From the IMG/VR virus record IMGVR_UViG_3300020049_005939, positions 1 through 64,000 of that record: a stretch of 64,000 bases of DNA; one strand, 5' to 3'. A program made the position numbers and the translations under genes. Shown here piece after piece: positions 37,998 through 47,423 of this stretch; position 1 is the first letter of the stretch; each line of letters starts with the position of its first letter. The notes under the pieces are model-generated. The model ran no database searches. It had not been told where the DNA came from and saw nothing but the letters and a program-made list of their open reading frames with translations. The stretch comes from a virus. Taxonomy: Duplodnaviria; Caudoviricetes.

Positions 37998-39224
37998 TTA
38001 TAACCTGCGTCTGCCGCGCATACCGCCGTAACGAAGTACAGATTTTCTAGCTAGAACCTTCTGCCCACTTCCTTCGACGCGATTATCTAATATAATACCT
38101 TGTCGTTGCTCCATTTCTTGAATTTTTTGATTACTAATACTAAGACCCGCTTGATCGCCTATAGAAGCTAATATACGGGCAGAAGTTCGTTCTGCCAATA
38201 CGTTATGCAAATCGGTAGGAATTTGAGGGATAATACACTCCCCAGCTAAACAGATGTAATCTCCTACAACTAAATCAGTAGGAACATCACTAGAATTAAA
38301 TGAAATAATAGAAGCTGAGATTCCGCCAGCAGGAATGGTAATATCCATTGCTCTAGTTCTATGGCCGGGTTTAGTCTGTAAGAAATCTATGACCGATCCA
38401 TTTACAATGTTGGATGGGATACTAGCGAACTCAATTCCTTGGTCTGGATCTATAATTAACGACAAAGCATCGCTAGACACAAGCGTCAAGCTCAATGGTA
38501 TGTACTTTATTGTTACAGTGTCAACGCTAGGAGAGCCGTTATCGGCTAACACAATCCCATTGTTACTGATAGCAGTCTTAAGGTTGGTTGCGGTGATAAC
38601 TGAAGTAGCTCCAATTTCAAATTGATTTCCAGTCGGCGCTCCTGCAACAGCTTCAAAATCAATACCCTGTATAGTCAACTTGTCTCCAGGAAGGATGATA
38701 GCGTTGTCAACAGTAATATTTTTTGTAAAGTAGTTTATAGTTGCAGATCTAGTTTCTTCTACTAATAGATTAGGTCTTAAGAAGTAACTAAAAATCATGC
38801 TACCATTTGTTGCTGGAACACCGCTACCGGGAGTCAAGACTACATCATTTCCCTCTAGATAAAATCGCTTATAGGGTAGGTTTGAACCTGACACCCCTTG
38901 AAAGTAAGCTTTATCTTCAGGAAAAATACGAACCATTTCAAATATATTTTGACCATCAAACCAAAATACATCCCTTAATTTCAATCCGATTGCTCTCTCT
39001 GGGATAGGATAGCGAATTCGGTTTGGAGTCATGGGAACTGAAAGAGTAGTAACAAAGTATTCCTCATGATACAACATGACACTAGGAACTTGCGAAATTG
39101 TAAGTTCTTCGTTTAAGAAATCAATGATATCTTGAGCCGAAAACGTGTTTTGGCTAATAGGAAGAGAAATCTTCCGTTTAACAGCACTGATCAAGTCTGA
39201 TGTTGTATACCAAGGAACAATCAT
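37998..39224 (-). CDS. Head-tail adaptor protein with inserted domains
   Basis: N-terminal T.SDLISAVKRKI...FLNEE and C-terminal IPQIP.DLH..L typical of podoviral adaptors. Confidence 0.65.
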   Translation of the reverse strand: MIVPWYTTSDLISAVKRKISLPISQNTFSAQDIIDFLNEELTISQVPSVMLYHEEYFVTTLSVPMTPNRIRYPIPERAIGLKLRDVFWFDGQNIFEMVRIFPEDKAYFQGVSGSNLPYKRFYLEGNDVVLTPGSGVPATNGSMIFSYFLRPNLLVEETRSATINYFTKNITVDNAIILPGDKLTIQGIDFEAVAGAPTGNQFEIGATSVITATNLKTAISNNGIVLADNGSPSVDTVTIKYIPLSLTLVSSDALSLIIDPDQGIEFASIPSNIVNGSVIDFLQTKPGHRTRAMDITIPAGGISASIISFNSSDVPTDLVVGDYICLAGECIIPQIPTDLHNVLAERTSARILASIGDQAGLSISNQKIQEMEQRQGIILDNRVEGSGQKVLARKSVLRYGGMRGRRRL

Positions 39225-39227
39225 TTA

Positions 39228-39632
39228 TTACGCCTTTTCGGACATTTTTTTCTTCATTGCCATCAATTTTTGAAGTTTTCGTTCAAGTTCTTCTGATGAC
39301 ATTTCTTCGTCTTCGGAGTCTTCTTCAGCTTCTTCACGATCCCAGCCGCCAGCCATCAAATCGTCGCCAACTTGATTACCATCTTCAGCATCTTCGACCA
39401 TTTCATCTTGTTCTTTAGAACTGATGATTTCTTTAGCTTTTTCTAAACCTTCTTCAAGTCCTTCTTTAGAGTCAGAAGCAACTGATACTTTTTTCATACC
39501 GTGAAGATTGTCAGTCATAGCATCTTCAGCCATTTTTTTCATATGACCTAGAACGCCTAGTTTTGCTTTTTTCTCAGCATCAGACATCTCTTTGCCTTTT
39601 TTCTTCGCCATCATTTCTTTCATTTTATCCAT
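39228..39632 (-). CDS. Charged hypothetical protein
   Basis: K/E/D/M-rich 134 aa. Confidence 0.55.
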   Translation of the reverse strand: MDKMKEMMAKKKGKEMSDAEKKAKLGVLGHMKKMAEDAMTDNLHGMKKVSVASDSKEGLEEGLEKAKEIISSKEQDEMVEDAEDGNQVGDDLMAGGWDREEAEEDSEDEEMSSEELERKLQKLMAMKKKMSEKA

Positions 39633-39645
39633 TTTATATTCTTTC

Positions 39646-40092
39646 TTATTTAATTAGATTGTGGATTAGTAGACCTAATATACTAATGGTTTGCACAATC
39701 ATCAAACCCATTAAACCTTTTGGTAATTTTGATTCTATCATCTGAACAACATTTGATCCAGTTGAAACTTCTTTAATTTCAATCTCTTTAACAATAACTT
39801 GTTTTTCAATTTCTTTAATTTGAATTTCTTTAACTATAACAGGAACTTCTATTCTCACTATTTGGGTTTCTTTTATAATTACAGGTTTTTCAATTTCTTT
39901 AATTTCAATCTCTTTAACAATAACTTGAGTAGGAACTTCAACAACTTTAATCTCTTGTTGAGGAATCTCAGCTTTAATTGAAAGATTTTCTCCGCCAACT
40001 AAAATAACTCGTTGAGCATCATTTTCCTCATCAAATGTGTAAGTAGGAAGTTGCCCAGGATCAAGAGATGTGTATGAAATATTTTTAGCCAT
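39646..40092 (-). CDS. Protein with VIVKEIEIKEIEK repeats and C-terminal TM
   Basis: Three to four V/I-K/E alternating repeats, also visible as DNA repeats at about 39775-39930. Confidence 0.6.
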   Translation of the reverse strand: MAKNISYTSLDPGQLPTYTFDEENDAQRVILVGGENLSIKAEIPQQEIKVVEVPTQVIVKEIEIKEIEKPVIIKETQIVRIEVPVIVKEIQIKEIEKQVIVKEIEIKEVSTGSNVVQMIESKLPKGLMGLMIVQTISILGLLIHNLIK

Positions 40093-40093
40093 C

Positions 40094-42895
40094 TTATACC
40101 TGTGTTACCACTGCTCTAAAATCAATTTTGGTTTGAACGTGACCAGCAGTAGAAGCCTTACTGTAACGTACTTGTCCAGCAGAAGTAATGTCAAAAGTAA
40201 CCAAGGAGTTATCACCAACGGATTGTGCGGACATTTCCCATATTGGACCAGATTTTTGGGAAGCTGTCAATCTAAAAGTTTCAGATAAATCGGATGTGGC
40301 GTCAATAAAAACAGACACCAAGGCATCAAACGACCTTACGGTAGCATTAGCAAAAGCTAATCCGGTTACGTTAGCATTAGCCACAACATCTGTAGCACTG
40401 GTAAAAGAGGTAAGACTAATGTCCCCAGTGGCAACTGTGGAGTTATCAATGGTAATGCTTCCAGAACCATTAGTAACACTAATTCCGGTACCCGCCGTGA
40501 TAGGATTTAGTGTGTATCCCGTACCATTACCAATTAAAAGATTACCATTAGCAGCGGCGGAGCCGTCTAAGCCCGTACCACCGTTACCTACAGGAAGTAT
40601 AGCAGTAACATCAGTAGTAAGATCGATATCACTGCTAATAACATTTTTAGATCCATCGAGTTTTAGAGGAGTTGATGCGGTTAATGCTGAAAGATTAACT
40701 GTACCGGAAAGAGTTTTATTACCATTAACGGTTTGAGTTCCTTCGGTCATTACGAAAGAAGCATCTGCTCCAGCTTCGGGAGCAGTGTATATCCTATTGG
40801 CAGCTAAATCAGCCACTCTAATAGTAGCGATTTCTGTCCCTGCTCCTTGATTTTGGATAGTAAGATCAGCTTTTAAGTTAACATTGCCGTTAAAGGTCTT
40901 ATCGCCAGCAAAAGTTTGTGAACCAGTTGAGACATCACCAGTGTCAGTAGTGGACGCTAATGCTGATAAGAATACTTTAGTAGCTCCACCGGCTAGTGTT
41001 GCTCCATTAGTAATGAACCAATAATTGGAATAAGGGTCTAGTTTAGCCGAACCTGCCGGTCCGGTGAAGGTTCCGGTAATAGTGGTGTCAACAATTCCAG
41101 AAGGGTCTAAGTCTTGAGCAGCACTGTTTAGTGTTATACCAGCAAGAATATTACAACTGTCAATTAAAGAGTAGTTGTTAGCAGTAATTAACCCATCAAA
41201 CTGCGATCTAGAAGCTAATTGCAATCTTAGGTTGTTGCTATTACCAAAGATACCTCTAAAACGTGAGTTTTTAACATAGGTATTTAAATTACCTACATAA
41301 CCAGAAGTGGTTACATTACCAAAAACTTCACCTTCAAAGTAAAACTCAGAAGTAATCCCAATAGCACCTTGAATAACTAAATCTCCGCTAATACGGAATT
41401 TACTTAGATAAGATTCGTGGGTAGTCATGCCGTCTGTATTAGGGTTAATACTAGTAAAAGCAATGCCAGATCGGATACCGCCTATTGTGGCAGTACCGTT
41501 GTTATTAACTGTAATAGTTCTAGGAGTTCCGCCACTACCCCAGGATGTCCCGGTTAGTGTTCCAACTGCAACCGAACCAACGCAAACTACTATAATTCGT
41601 TTATTGTTGATCTCAATGGTGACATCTTCATCGTATGTGCCAGAAGGGACATATACGGTGTATACCTGTCTAGCATCGGTTGTATTAGTCGCAGATGGGA
41701 TGCTAGTGAAGGCAGCTTGTAGGGTTGAATATGTCTCTATGACGCCATCTAGGGGCTTTACAACAGTAATGCTGTTAGGTTGCCATCTCTGATTGATCTG
41801 TGTCTGAAGAGAAGAAGAAACACCCGAAAGATAACCAAGTTCCGTATCTGTTACAGAAGAAGCGATGGGGATACCGTTAGCATCGGAGATTAGTGCTCTA
41901 GCTGCCGTAATGGCAGCGGCATCAATCATCACTCCAGTAGCGTCGTTGATGACAACTCGATTAGCCGAACCTGAAGCTAGTTTATCTCTAGCGATAGCTG
42001 CGCCTGATTTAATGTCAGCATTTTCTATATTAGAAAGGGTGTTTAAATCAGCATCAATTGTTTTATTTGTGAGAGTTTGGGTTGCATCTTCTAGTACAAT
42101 GTCATCATTGCCCGCGCCAGGAGTTAGTGTAGCAATACCAGCAGTATTAGGGGCTTTAAAAGTCCAAGAGTTTCTATCTCCAGAAGTCTTGGCATATCCA
42201 GTAATAACTGCGTTTTCTTCAATCTCTAATCCAGTATTTGAAGCACTACCAGCTCCGCCGCCATCATTGATAGTAATGAGTTGGTCTGTAACATTAAGAT
42301 TAGTTACATTGTTATTATTGACTGTACCATTAAAGTTAATTGTAGCAGATGCATTACCTAAGTTGATAATGGTCGCATTGCCAGTTCCGATAGCAAGGGT
42401 GGCTGCGGCTGTAGTATCGATCCCACCGTCTGTATATGAAACACCTGTTACAGTTAGATCATTACCAATGGAAGCATCGTTTGTAACAGATAAAGCAGTA
42501 CCGGCGGCGGCGGCAGTAATAACACCGTTAAAAGTCTTATCTCCGCCGAAAGTTTGTGTTGTAGCGGATACACCACCTGGGTTAGTGGCATCGGCAGGTT
42601 GAAGGGTTAATTGAGTTTGAGTGACATTACCAGAGACATTAGAGGTTATTGAATAACCAGAAGCATTTGGAGTAGAACCAAAAGTTGCTGAAGTAAACCC
42701 TGTATCAATCCATTGTGAGGAGGTATTATCCCACACATAGACATGATCAGTACTTTTAACTACTCTAAGTTCACCGTCGATACCTAGAGCAGGTAAAGCA
42801 GCTTCGTTAGCAACTGGGTCACCGAAGTAAGGGGAAGCAGCGCCCGAACCCGTGACATCTAATTGCCCTGTTATTGGATTAAATACTAAACCCAT
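40094..42895 (-). CDS. Tail fibre / spike protein
   Basis: 933 aa, T/G/A/S-rich, TQTLTNKT repeats, beta-helix-like centre. Confidence 0.75.
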   Translation of the reverse strand: MGLVFNPITGQLDVTGSGAASPYFGDPVANEAALPALGIDGELRVVKSTDHVYVWDNTSSQWIDTGFTSATFGSTPNASGYSITSNVSGNVTQTQLTLQPADATNPGGVSATTQTFGGDKTFNGVITAAAAGTALSVTNDASIGNDLTVTGVSYTDGGIDTTAAATLAIGTGNATIINLGNASATINFNGTVNNNNVTNLNVTDQLITINDGGGAGSASNTGLEIEENAVITGYAKTSGDRNSWTFKAPNTAGIATLTPGAGNDDIVLEDATQTLTNKTIDADLNTLSNIENADIKSGAAIARDKLASGSANRVVINDATGVMIDAAAITAARALISDANGIPIASSVTDTELGYLSGVSSSLQTQINQRWQPNSITVVKPLDGVIETYSTLQAAFTSIPSATNTTDARQVYTVYVPSGTYDEDVTIEINNKRIIVVCVGSVAVGTLTGTSWGSGGTPRTITVNNNGTATIGGIRSGIAFTSINPNTDGMTTHESYLSKFRISGDLVIQGAIGITSEFYFEGEVFGNVTTSGYVGNLNTYVKNSRFRGIFGNSNNLRLQLASRSQFDGLITANNYSLIDSCNILAGITLNSAAQDLDPSGIVDTTITGTFTGPAGSAKLDPYSNYWFITNGATLAGGATKVFLSALASTTDTGDVSTGSQTFAGDKTFNGNVNLKADLTIQNQGAGTEIATIRVADLAANRIYTAPEAGADASFVMTEGTQTVNGNKTLSGTVNLSALTASTPLKLDGSKNVISSDIDLTTDVTAILPVGNGGTGLDGSAAANGNLLIGNGTGYTLNPITAGTGISVTNGSGSITIDNSTVATGDISLTSFTSATDVVANANVTGLAFANATVRSFDALVSVFIDATSDLSETFRLTASQKSGPIWEMSAQSVGDNSLVTFDITSAGQVRYSKASTAGHVQTKIDFRAVVTQV

Positions 42896-42904
42896 TCATT
42901 CCTC

Positions 42905-43372
42905 TTAGTCTAAGCGTTCAACTGAATCTACATTGGAGCGAGCAGCATCGTCGTATTCTACTCTAAGTCTAATCAATAAATTGGCAAATTTTGTACTCAC
43001 CGAACCCGAAGCGGTAGCGGCAGCGGTTAAAGTGATTTGATCTGGACCATCAATTGAGAGAATCTGCGTTAAAACTGGAACATTCACACTAAATACATAC
43101 TGACCCACTTTAAGATCAACTTGTGCGTTAGTTAACCCAGTTACAACTGCCGATAGATTGGTGGTAGTAATATTCTGAGTTTTAACTATGTCTAATGAAT
43201 AGAAATCGTCGATAGCTGGGGTAGTCTGTACAATATCTCTATAGACTTTATGACCAACTTTTAGAGCAGCGAAGCCTGAAGTACCGATAGTGCCATCGTT
43301 ATTGTTAGCAGCTTTTTGGAGAACTTGTCCAAAATCTTTTTCACTTAACGGTTTTGAAGTTACATCTGACAT
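42905..43372 (-). CDS. Structural protein
   Basis: Beta-rich 155 aa. Confidence 0.55.
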   Translation of the reverse strand: MSDVTSKPLSEKDFGQVLQKAANNNDGTIGTSGFAALKVGHKVYRDIVQTTPAIDDFYSLDIVKTQNITTTNLSAVVTGLTNAQVDLKVGQYVFSVNVPVLTQILSIDGPDQITLTAAATASGSVSTKFANLLIRLRVEYDDAARSNVDSVERLD

Positions 43373-43373
43373 G

Positions 43374-43553
43374 TTAGCCTTTACTCATTAACTTTTTAAG
43401 ACGTTTAAATGTCGGCAAATTTGAATAAGCCATTTTTCCAGTGTTTTCTTTGGTGTACTCATCAGCTTTTAAAGGACTAAGACCGGGAGCTTTAATACCA
43501 CCACTAGCCACGCCTTTCATAAATCTGAATTGTTTTTTAGAAACAGCAGGCAT
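43374..43553 (-). CDS. Small conserved phage protein (59 aa)
   Basis: MPAVSKKQFRFMKGVA matches the widespread MP..S.KQ..FM.A.A family. Confidence 0.65.
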   Translation of the reverse strand: MPAVSKKQFRFMKGVASGGIKAPGLSPLKADEYTKENTGKMAYSNLPTFKRLKKLMSKG

Positions 43554-43556
43554 CTA

Positions 43557-43829
43557 TTACCCTTTAAAATAATCAAAAACTTTATCAATCAAAGATAGTT
43601 TCTTTGGTTCATAATAGTCTGTTAAATTACCTTCTTTACCTAAAATCCAACTCTCATTGCCGCTACACTTAGCTAGTTTTAATTTTACATCTAAATCATA
43701 ACAATTGTTTGTCACGATCCTTTGTCCATTTTTATAATCAGAGTGATTATAAACTTCACCAACTAAAACATTGTGAAATTTAACCCAATTTTTAAGAATA
43801 GGAGTTTTAAGTTTCATATCCATAAACAA
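43557..43829 (-). CDS. Conserved phage hypothetical protein
   Basis: GEVYNH...NG.RI.T pattern. Confidence 0.55.
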   Translation of the reverse strand: MFMDMKLKTPILKNWVKFHNVLVGEVYNHSDYKNGQRIVTNNCYDLDVKLKLAKCSGNESWILGKEGNLTDYYEPKKLSLIDKVFDYFKG

Positions 43830-44280
43830 TCAATTGAGCTGCGGCTGTACCGATTAGGGTTGCTAAATATTTAGCCGCTGGAGCCTGAAAAAACACATTA
43901 ACTACGTTTTTTGCTATAGAAGAGGATGAACTATTGTTACCGCTGTAAACAGCGACTTCGAAATTCGCATCACCACAAGGGTAAACTGGGCTAGTTGGAC
44001 CAGATGCTGAATCTAATCCAACATCGGTATCACCATATAGTAAAGATGCATGTGTGAATATCGTTGTTGTGTTAGAATGCATATCAATAGCGTGAACTGT
44101 GAAAGTTTTTCCAGCAGTTACTTGATACCCAGATGAACTATTCATTTTTCTTAAAGTAGTATAACGGTTGCTGGTTGCAACCGCTCCACCCAAGATAATG
44201 AGATTAGTTAAATCAACTAGAGTAACTCCATTTACTGTTAGCGTTTCGATGTTCCCGATTGTACCGATTGGTTTTGCCAT
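43807..44280 (-). CDS. Structural beta-sandwich protein
   Basis: YQV.AGK.F motif shared with 44291-44836. Confidence 0.55.
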   Translation of the reverse strand: MAKPIGTIGNIETLTVNGVTLVDLTNLIILGGAVATSNRYTTLRKMNSSSGYQVTAGKTFTVHAIDMHSNTTTIFTHASLLYGDTDVGLDSASGPTSPVYPCGDANFEVAVYSGNNSSSSSIAKNVVNVFFQAPAAKYLATLIGTAAAQLIVYGYET

Positions 44281-44290
44281 ATATTACTCC

Positions 44291-44836
44291 TTAAACTGCT
44301 ACTAATTTGCCGATGACAGTAAACGACAGCCCGCCACCGCCATCTGATTGCATAAACGGAAATAAATTTTGATCAAACACAATTGGAATTTCCCAAGAAC
44401 ACAGCGTAATTATGGACCCTGATGCCGTTGATGGAAGACTGTAGACATACCGCGAAGTGTATCCGCTTTGATACTTTGCACCTGTTGGAACCGTCGCATC
44501 AGCATCCGTAAACGAGGCGGTAGCTGTGCCAAATTGGAAGTTCACTTGAATGTCTAAACCTGGGTTTGTTGCTATCACTTTAACCGCGTGAAATTTAAAA
44601 CCGTTAGGAACTTGGTAAGCTGTCCCGTCCCCAGACGCGCCATCTAGTTGATGTAGCCTGTAGAACTGATTATCGGTTCCTGAGTTAATTTGCGCATGTA
44701 AAGAAATAAATTCCCCAATTGCGCCCGTAGGAATAACAGTTGTTGATTTTATGTTTAAAGTTTGCGATGTACTAGTGACTAAATCTGCGCCACCAATACT
44801 CACTACATTACTTACATTACCTGAACCATTTGCCAT
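44291..44836 (-). CDS. Structural beta-sandwich protein
   Basis: YQVPNGFKF motif; paralog-like to 43807. Confidence 0.55.
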   Translation of the reverse strand: MANGSGNVSNVVSIGGADLVTSTSQTLNIKSTTVIPTGAIGEFISLHAQINSGTDNQFYRLHQLDGASGDGTAYQVPNGFKFHAVKVIATNPGLDIQVNFQFGTATASFTDADATVPTGAKYQSGYTSRYVYSLPSTASGSIITLCSWEIPIVFDQNLFPFMQSDGGGGLSFTVIGKLVAV

Positions 44837-44861
44837 AATTTATTCCTTTATCCTTTAAAAT

Positions 44862-46151
44862 TTATTCTTCAATGGCTTCTAGTAAGTTACCAGTGCCATT
44901 ATCAATGAAAGTTTTTCCGTTTGCTAACCAAATATCCCTGACTACAATACCATCAGCTCCACTGTTAAGAGTAATATCATCCGTCACTTTAACATCTTTT
45001 AAGCTGCTATAATCAGCGGAGCTTGTGAATGTTACTGTTCCAGAGATGATGCTACCATGTCCTAAACCATCAATTTTTAATTGTTTAGACACAGTGATAT
45101 TTGCTGTATGAGTTCCTCTTAGGAAGGTGATTCGATCACCGTTACTAGCGGCAGTTTGAGCACTAGCAAAAGATGAGTAACCAGCAGCACCAGCTAAAAC
45201 GTCTGCGGCAGATCCAACTGTAAATGGGTAGATTGCTGTAAATGCGCTAGTTCCAGTTCCAGCACCAATAACGAAATCAATCATTTCAACACTAAGCGAA
45301 GCGGGTGCTCCACCTGCAATAGAAAGAAGATCTACCGTTAAAATATCACCCGCAACTAGTGATAATGCTGCTGATAAGGATGAGCTAGACGATGCGGGAG
45401 CACTTGAAGCTGAAGCTATTGATGCTGTAGCAGAAGCTAGTAAAGATCCTGATCTATATTGATTCACTTGGATAGTCGTGCTACCTGAAGAACCTGAATC
45501 AATTAAGCTCATGGAAACTGATGTCAAGCTTTGTGTAGCTTGAACCATGTGTGAACCTTCAATGTTTGTATAAGGAATTAGAGCGTTCTCTAAGGTCCAA
45601 CGAACTAGAAGGCTATTAGTTCCGCCAGCGCCAGAACCGATCTCAACTTCAGTACCACCAGCATTTAAGGTGTAAAGCTTATTATCAGCTTTAGCATAAA
45701 TTTTTAATCGACCAGCAGCAGGATTAGTACCCGGGGTAGTAATCTCTAAAACATTTAATTCGGACTCTAAACGGATGTCACCAGTTCCATTTGGATCTAA
45801 TGAAATGTTACCATTAGCGTTAGTTGATGAAATCGTATTACCATTAACATTGATATTATCAACATCAAGATCTGTATTGACTACTACAGTTCCGGTTCCA
45901 TTAGGGGATAGGTTAATATCACCGTTGGTATCTAGGGAAGAAACTGTATTACCGTCAACTTTGATATTATCAATGGTGACTTCTGCTGCCACTTGAGTTT
46001 CAGCAATTAAAGGAGAAGAAGACGAACCGTTGTGAAATCTAATTTTATTATCAGAACTAAGGACTTCTACTTCACCTAAACTGTCTGCTGCGGAAGCAGA
46101 CTTAGGTTTAATCCTAATTCCTTCAAAAAATTTAGTAAAATTTAAAGCCAT
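44862..46151 (-). CDS. Tail fibre-like protein
   Basis: Repeats I.VDGNT.SS..TNG.I.L.PNGTG; C-terminal beta-helix start. Confidence 0.7.
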   Translation of the reverse strand: MALNFTKFFEGIRIKPKSASAADSLGEVEVLSSDNKIRFHNGSSSSPLIAETQVAAEVTIDNIKVDGNTVSSLDTNGDINLSPNGTGTVVVNTDLDVDNINVNGNTISSTNANGNISLDPNGTGDIRLESELNVLEITTPGTNPAAGRLKIYAKADNKLYTLNAGGTEVEIGSGAGGTNSLLVRWTLENALIPYTNIEGSHMVQATQSLTSVSMSLIDSGSSGSTTIQVNQYRSGSLLASATASIASASSAPASSSSSLSAALSLVAGDILTVDLLSIAGGAPASLSVEMIDFVIGAGTGTSAFTAIYPFTVGSAADVLAGAAGYSSFASAQTAASNGDRITFLRGTHTANITVSKQLKIDGLGHGSIISGTVTFTSSADYSSLKDVKVTDDITLNSGADGIVVRDIWLANGKTFIDNGTGNLLEAIEE

Positions 46152-46164
46152 TTAAATACTCCGA

Positions 46165-46653
46165 TTAATTCTGTAATAGAGCCTGTGCTGAAACTGTAAG
46201 TCGTCCAACGTGGTTAGTCGTACCAATTTGAGTAGTGGTAAACTTAACCTGTCCAGTATCAGCTATGCTAAAAACAATCTCGCCATCACCAGCGAAGTTC
46301 TGTATCAATTCCCATTTACTTCCAATAGATCCATTGGGATTGTAAACAACGATAATGTTGCCACTTTCATATGCACTAGAGGTGGGGCTGTCGGCAGTGC
46401 GAAACAGGCTATAACGAATGAACGCAGCTCTCACGAAGGCTGTGGGGAAGTTTAAAGCCTGTATATCCACTGCGGTACCCGGGTTAGACGAGTCGATGTT
46501 AATAACCTGTGGCGACACGTCATAAGGACCCACAACGCCCGATAAGGCTTCGGATACAAGTGTGGCAAATTGTATGACGGCGGGTGCCCAATTTGGGTCG
46601 GCGGCTGAATCGGGGAAATCTATGATTGTACCGCTAATGGTGAGTTGTGGCAT
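46165..46653 (-). CDS. Structural protein
   Basis: 162 aa; C-terminal F.I...GQV..T.T shared with the end of the 40094 fibre. Confidence 0.55.
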   Translation of the reverse strand: MPQLTISGTIIDFPDSAADPNWAPAVIQFATLVSEALSGVVGPYDVSPQVINIDSSNPGTAVDIQALNFPTAFVRAAFIRYSLFRTADSPTSSAYESGNIIVVYNPNGSIGSKWELIQNFAGDGEIVFSIADTGQVKFTTTQIGTTNHVGRLTVSAQALLQN

Positions 46654-46655
46654 TC

Positions 46656-46709
46656 AGTTCCTTAGATTGAACAAAACTATATATAATAGTTGTTAACCAC
46701 TAAGGAACT
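46656..46709 (-). promoter_or_regulatory. RBS-sequestering hairpin with late motif in its loop
   Basis: Perfect 10-bp inverted repeat AGTTCCTTAG/CTAAGGAACT; the 3' arm contains the AAGGA SD of 46653; TTAACAACT at 46688-46696. Confidence 0.65.
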
Positions 46710-46728
46710 AATTGATATGATTGATTAA

Positions 46729-46944
46729 TTAATCTTTAAAGATATCTTTAAGTTTTGTCTTTAATTTATAGGCTCTATATTCTTTAATAAAATCTTCTTT
46801 TCTGAGAGACTTCGAATTATATACCCAATATAAAGTAAAGGCGCTCGTTTTATAAACTCTGAATAATTGATCGTGTCCTTCTTTACTCCACCCACCATTG
46901 ACAAAAATAGCGATATTGTCGCCAATATAAACACCTCTAGTCAT
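46729..46944 (-). CDS. Small protein with shared C-terminal helix
   Basis: Tail FIKEYRAYKLKTKLKDIFKD. Confidence 0.7.
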   Translation of the reverse strand: MTRGVYIGDNIAIFVNGGWSKEGHDQLFRVYKTSAFTLYWVYNSKSLRKEDFIKEYRAYKLKTKLKDIFKD

Positions 46945-47215
46945 TGAAGATGTCCTTTATTTTTTTAGAAAGCTTCAGTTTTAACCATTCACTTCTAAAT
47001 TCATCTTCTGAGACATAGTGATAATCAATTTGGTATTCAGGTCCATGACATTCTTTTTCAGGAAAAATCGTTATCATAAATCTAGGAATGTCATTAGATT
47101 CGTAATTTGTGTCATATTCATCAATTGGAATTTCAATAGCAGTGGAACTGCATGCGTCATTTAATATCCATAACTTATAACCAAGGTATATTGTACTGTA
47201 AAGTTTATTTCTCAT
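46937..47215 (-). CDS. Small protein with shared C-terminal helix
   Basis: YLGYKLWILNDAC; tail FRSEWLKLKLSKKIKDIFND. Confidence 0.7.
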   Translation of the reverse strand: MRNKLYSTIYLGYKLWILNDACSSTAIEIPIDEYDTNYESNDIPRFMITIFPEKECHGPEYQIDYHYVSEDEFRSEWLKLKLSKKIKDIFND

Positions 47216-47423
47216 TAAATATATCTTTTAATTTCTTTTGTAGTTTGTATTTACGATATTCTTTAATGAAGATTTCTTTAGTCACTCGCCCGTCCCAACT
47301 GGGTCCAATAAAATAAGTCTTATTATAAGTGTAGTATCTAAATAAAATATGGTCCTTGGTAATGCCTACCATTGGTGATATTCCAATATTATCCCCGTAG
47401 ATAATCTTATAATACCTATCCAT
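47205..47423 (-). CDS. Small protein with shared C-terminal helix
   Basis: Tail FIKEYRKYKLQKKLKDIFNEK. Confidence 0.7.
   Translation of the reverse strand: MDRYYKIIYGDNIGISPMVGITKDHILFRYYTYNKTYFIGPSWDGRVTKEIFIKEYRKYKLQKKLKDIFNEK

Noticed and set aside
40188-42602. Long + strand ORFs (40188-40736, 41427-41792, 41865-42602)
   Set aside because: Antisense shadows of the GCN/ACN/GGN-rich tail-fibre gene.
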